Assembly: GCA_036513415.1 (NCBI GenBank) | Contig: DATBZA010000177.1 | Coordinates: 67,203 to 131,202, forward strand | DNA length: 64,000 nucleotides | Origin: Myxococcales bacterium | GTDB taxonomy: Bacteria > Myxococcota > Myxococcia > Myxococcales > 40CM-4-68-19 | Reading direction: 5' to 3' | Part shown: positions 61,231 to 64,000 of the stretch, piece after piece | Layout: the number at the start of each line of letters is the position of its first letter | Numbering within the stretch: position 1 is the first letter of the stretch | The notes under the pieces: generated by a model | Seen by the model: only the letters and a program-made list of their open reading frames with translations | What the model was told of the DNA's origin: nothing | Database searches by the model: none | Translations under genes and position numbers: made by a program

Positions 61231-61527
61231 CTAGAATTCGATGGCGCAGAGCGTGTAGTGGCTCGGCTCCGAAACGGTGGGCATTTCGCCGTCGTCGGCG
61301 ACGAGACATTCCTCCCCCCGCACACGCCAGGAGAGCGGGCGGGAGTGGACGGAGCGGACCACGTTCTTGCCGCCTGTCGCGGAGTAGCGGGCTTGGGATC
61401 GGGCGTCGAGCGCCGCGACCGCGGTGATACGGTCGAAATCTCGGGGAAGATCGAACGTCGGCGTATCGCTCGGCCGGACCGAGATCTGGCCCGTGGTCAG
61501 ATCGACAATCGAGATCATCCTTCTCAT
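61231..61527 (-). CDS. hypothetical protein (98 aa)
   Basis: Start MRRMISIVDL preceded by ggaggaagcc. Lower-GC surroundings. Followed by hairpin GCCGCC-ccaG-GCGGC. No family recognised. Confidence 0.45.
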   Translation of the reverse strand: MRRMISIVDLTTGQISVRPSDTPTFDLPRDFDRITAVAALDARSQARYSATGGKNVVRSVHSRPLSWRVRGEECLVADDGEMPTVSEPSHYTLCAIEF

Positions 61528-61657
61528 GGCTTCCTCCGAGACGCCAGGCCGTTTCAGCGGGAAACCAGAATGATGAAGCCAGACGGGCGCTGAAGATAGG
61601 ATAACAGGAAATCGATTCGATTGCTCTCGGATCGGTTCCATCTCCGGAGACACTGAA

Positions 61658-63307
<1,650 letters not shown>

Positions 63308-63337
63308 CGGCTCCCGCTCCGGTGTCCACATCTGCGC

Positions 63338-64000
63338 TCAGCCGAGGAACAATCGATAAGCGGGGTTCCGCGTCTCGTCCACCCAGGGGTAGCCGAGGGT
63401 CCCGAGGAAGCGCCGGAACTCGGGCAGCTCGGGCGAGGGCACCTGCATCCCGACCAGCACGCGTCCCGAGTCGGAGCCGTGGTTCCGGTAGTGGAACAGG
63501 CTGATGTTCCAGTCGGTACGCATGCGGGAGAGGAATTGGAGCAGCGCTCCGGGACGCTCGGGGAAGTCGAACCGGTAGACCAGCTCGTCGTGCGCGAGCG
63601 GCGCATGCCCGCCGACGAGATGGCGCACGTGCAGCTTCGCCATCTCGTTGTCGGACAGGTCGAGGGTGCGCAGCCCGTGCCGCTCGAGGGTGCGCACGAT
63701 CCCGGCCGTCTCTTCGCGGCTGTGGATGCCCACGCCGACGAAGACCTGCGCGTCGTTGGCGTCGGCGATGCGGTAGTTGAACTCGGTGATGTTGCGCGGG
63801 CCGAGCACCGCGCAGAAGCGCCGGAAGCTGCCGGGCCGCTCGGGAATGGTGACCGCCAGGATGGCCTCCCGGCGCTCGCCGACCTCCGCCCGCTCGGCGA
63901 CGAAACGCAGCCGATTGAAGTTCATGTTGGCGCCGCACGACACCGCGATCAGCGTCTCGCCCTCGATTCCGGTCCGCTCCACGTACGCCTTGGCGCCCGC
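63338..64000 (-). CDS. ilvA: threonine ammonia-lyase (biosynthetic), C-terminal part; 5' end outside window
   Basis: The frame is open to nt 64000 (..AGAKAYVERTGIEGETLIAVSCGANMNF). Two ACT-like regulatory repeats and a C-terminal YRLFLG. Confidence 0.88.
   Translation of the reverse strand, partial: AGAKAYVERTGIEGETLIAVSCGANMNFNRLRFVAERAEVGERREAILAVTIPERPGSFRRFCAVLGPRNITEFNYRIADANDAQVFVGVGIHSREETAGIVRTLERHGLRTLDLSDNEMAKLHVRHLVGGHAPLAHDELVYRFDFPERPGALLQFLSRMRTDWNISLFHYRNHGSDSGRVLVGMQVPSPELPEFRRFLGTLGYPWVDETRNPAYRLFLG

Overview
High-GC bacterial chromosomal segment, densely coding, with about 58 supportable CDS. I saw no rRNA, tRNA, CRISPR array, transposase or integrase. All calls come from reading the six-frame track and raw sequence by eye, with no searches run; family names are recognised from motifs and should be confirmed by HMM or BLAST. 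Many very long ORFs in the track are antisense or out-of-frame artefacts typical of GC-rich DNA. Content, left to right: (1) YceI-like gene end; (2) a lower-GC patch with an orphan ORF and a structured repeat; (3) hydrogenase maturation genes hypF-hypC-hypD-SIS-hypE; (4) a DHp-only mini-protein next to a REC-PAS-HK-REC hybrid kinase; (5) DAHP synthase; (6) a MoaD-like protein coupled to an Asp-box beta-propeller; (7) gltB-gltD; (8) an oxalate-CoA ligase-like plus PanE-like pair; (9) an IorA/IorB-type molybdoenzyme with a two-CxxCH lipoprotein; (10) a DUF222/HNH endonuclease; (11) a class III PHA locus (phasin, phaB, phaE, phaC, an ECH-type hydrolase, phaR) interrupted by a CaCA-type transporter that has a candidate Mn2+ (yybP-ykoY-like) riboswitch leader; (12) a complete 2-hydroxyisobutyryl-CoA mutase operon (hcmB-hcl-meaB-hcmA-MFS) divergent from GntR and an HACL/OXC-like ThDP enzyme; (13) an SGNH hydrolase pseudogene; (14) a secreted esterase; (15) a LIV-type ABC transporter coupled to an Ldh_2 oxidoreductase; (16) CBS plus pntAA-pntAB-pntB; (17) a PilZ fusion protein; (18) a divergent senA-like/senB-like pair (selenoneine-type chemistry) with no senC, followed by an RclA-like disulfide reductase; (19) a truncated tag gene next to the second copy of the structured repeat; (20) an Mtb-Sdh1-like sdhCAB operon with a fourth gene; (21) a DUF885 protein; (22) the ilvA 3' end. 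Loci most worth follow-up: the hcm/HACL-like locus, the sen-like locus without senC, the riboswitch-CaCA pair, the oxalate ligase/PanE2-like pair, and the repeat and palindrome family.
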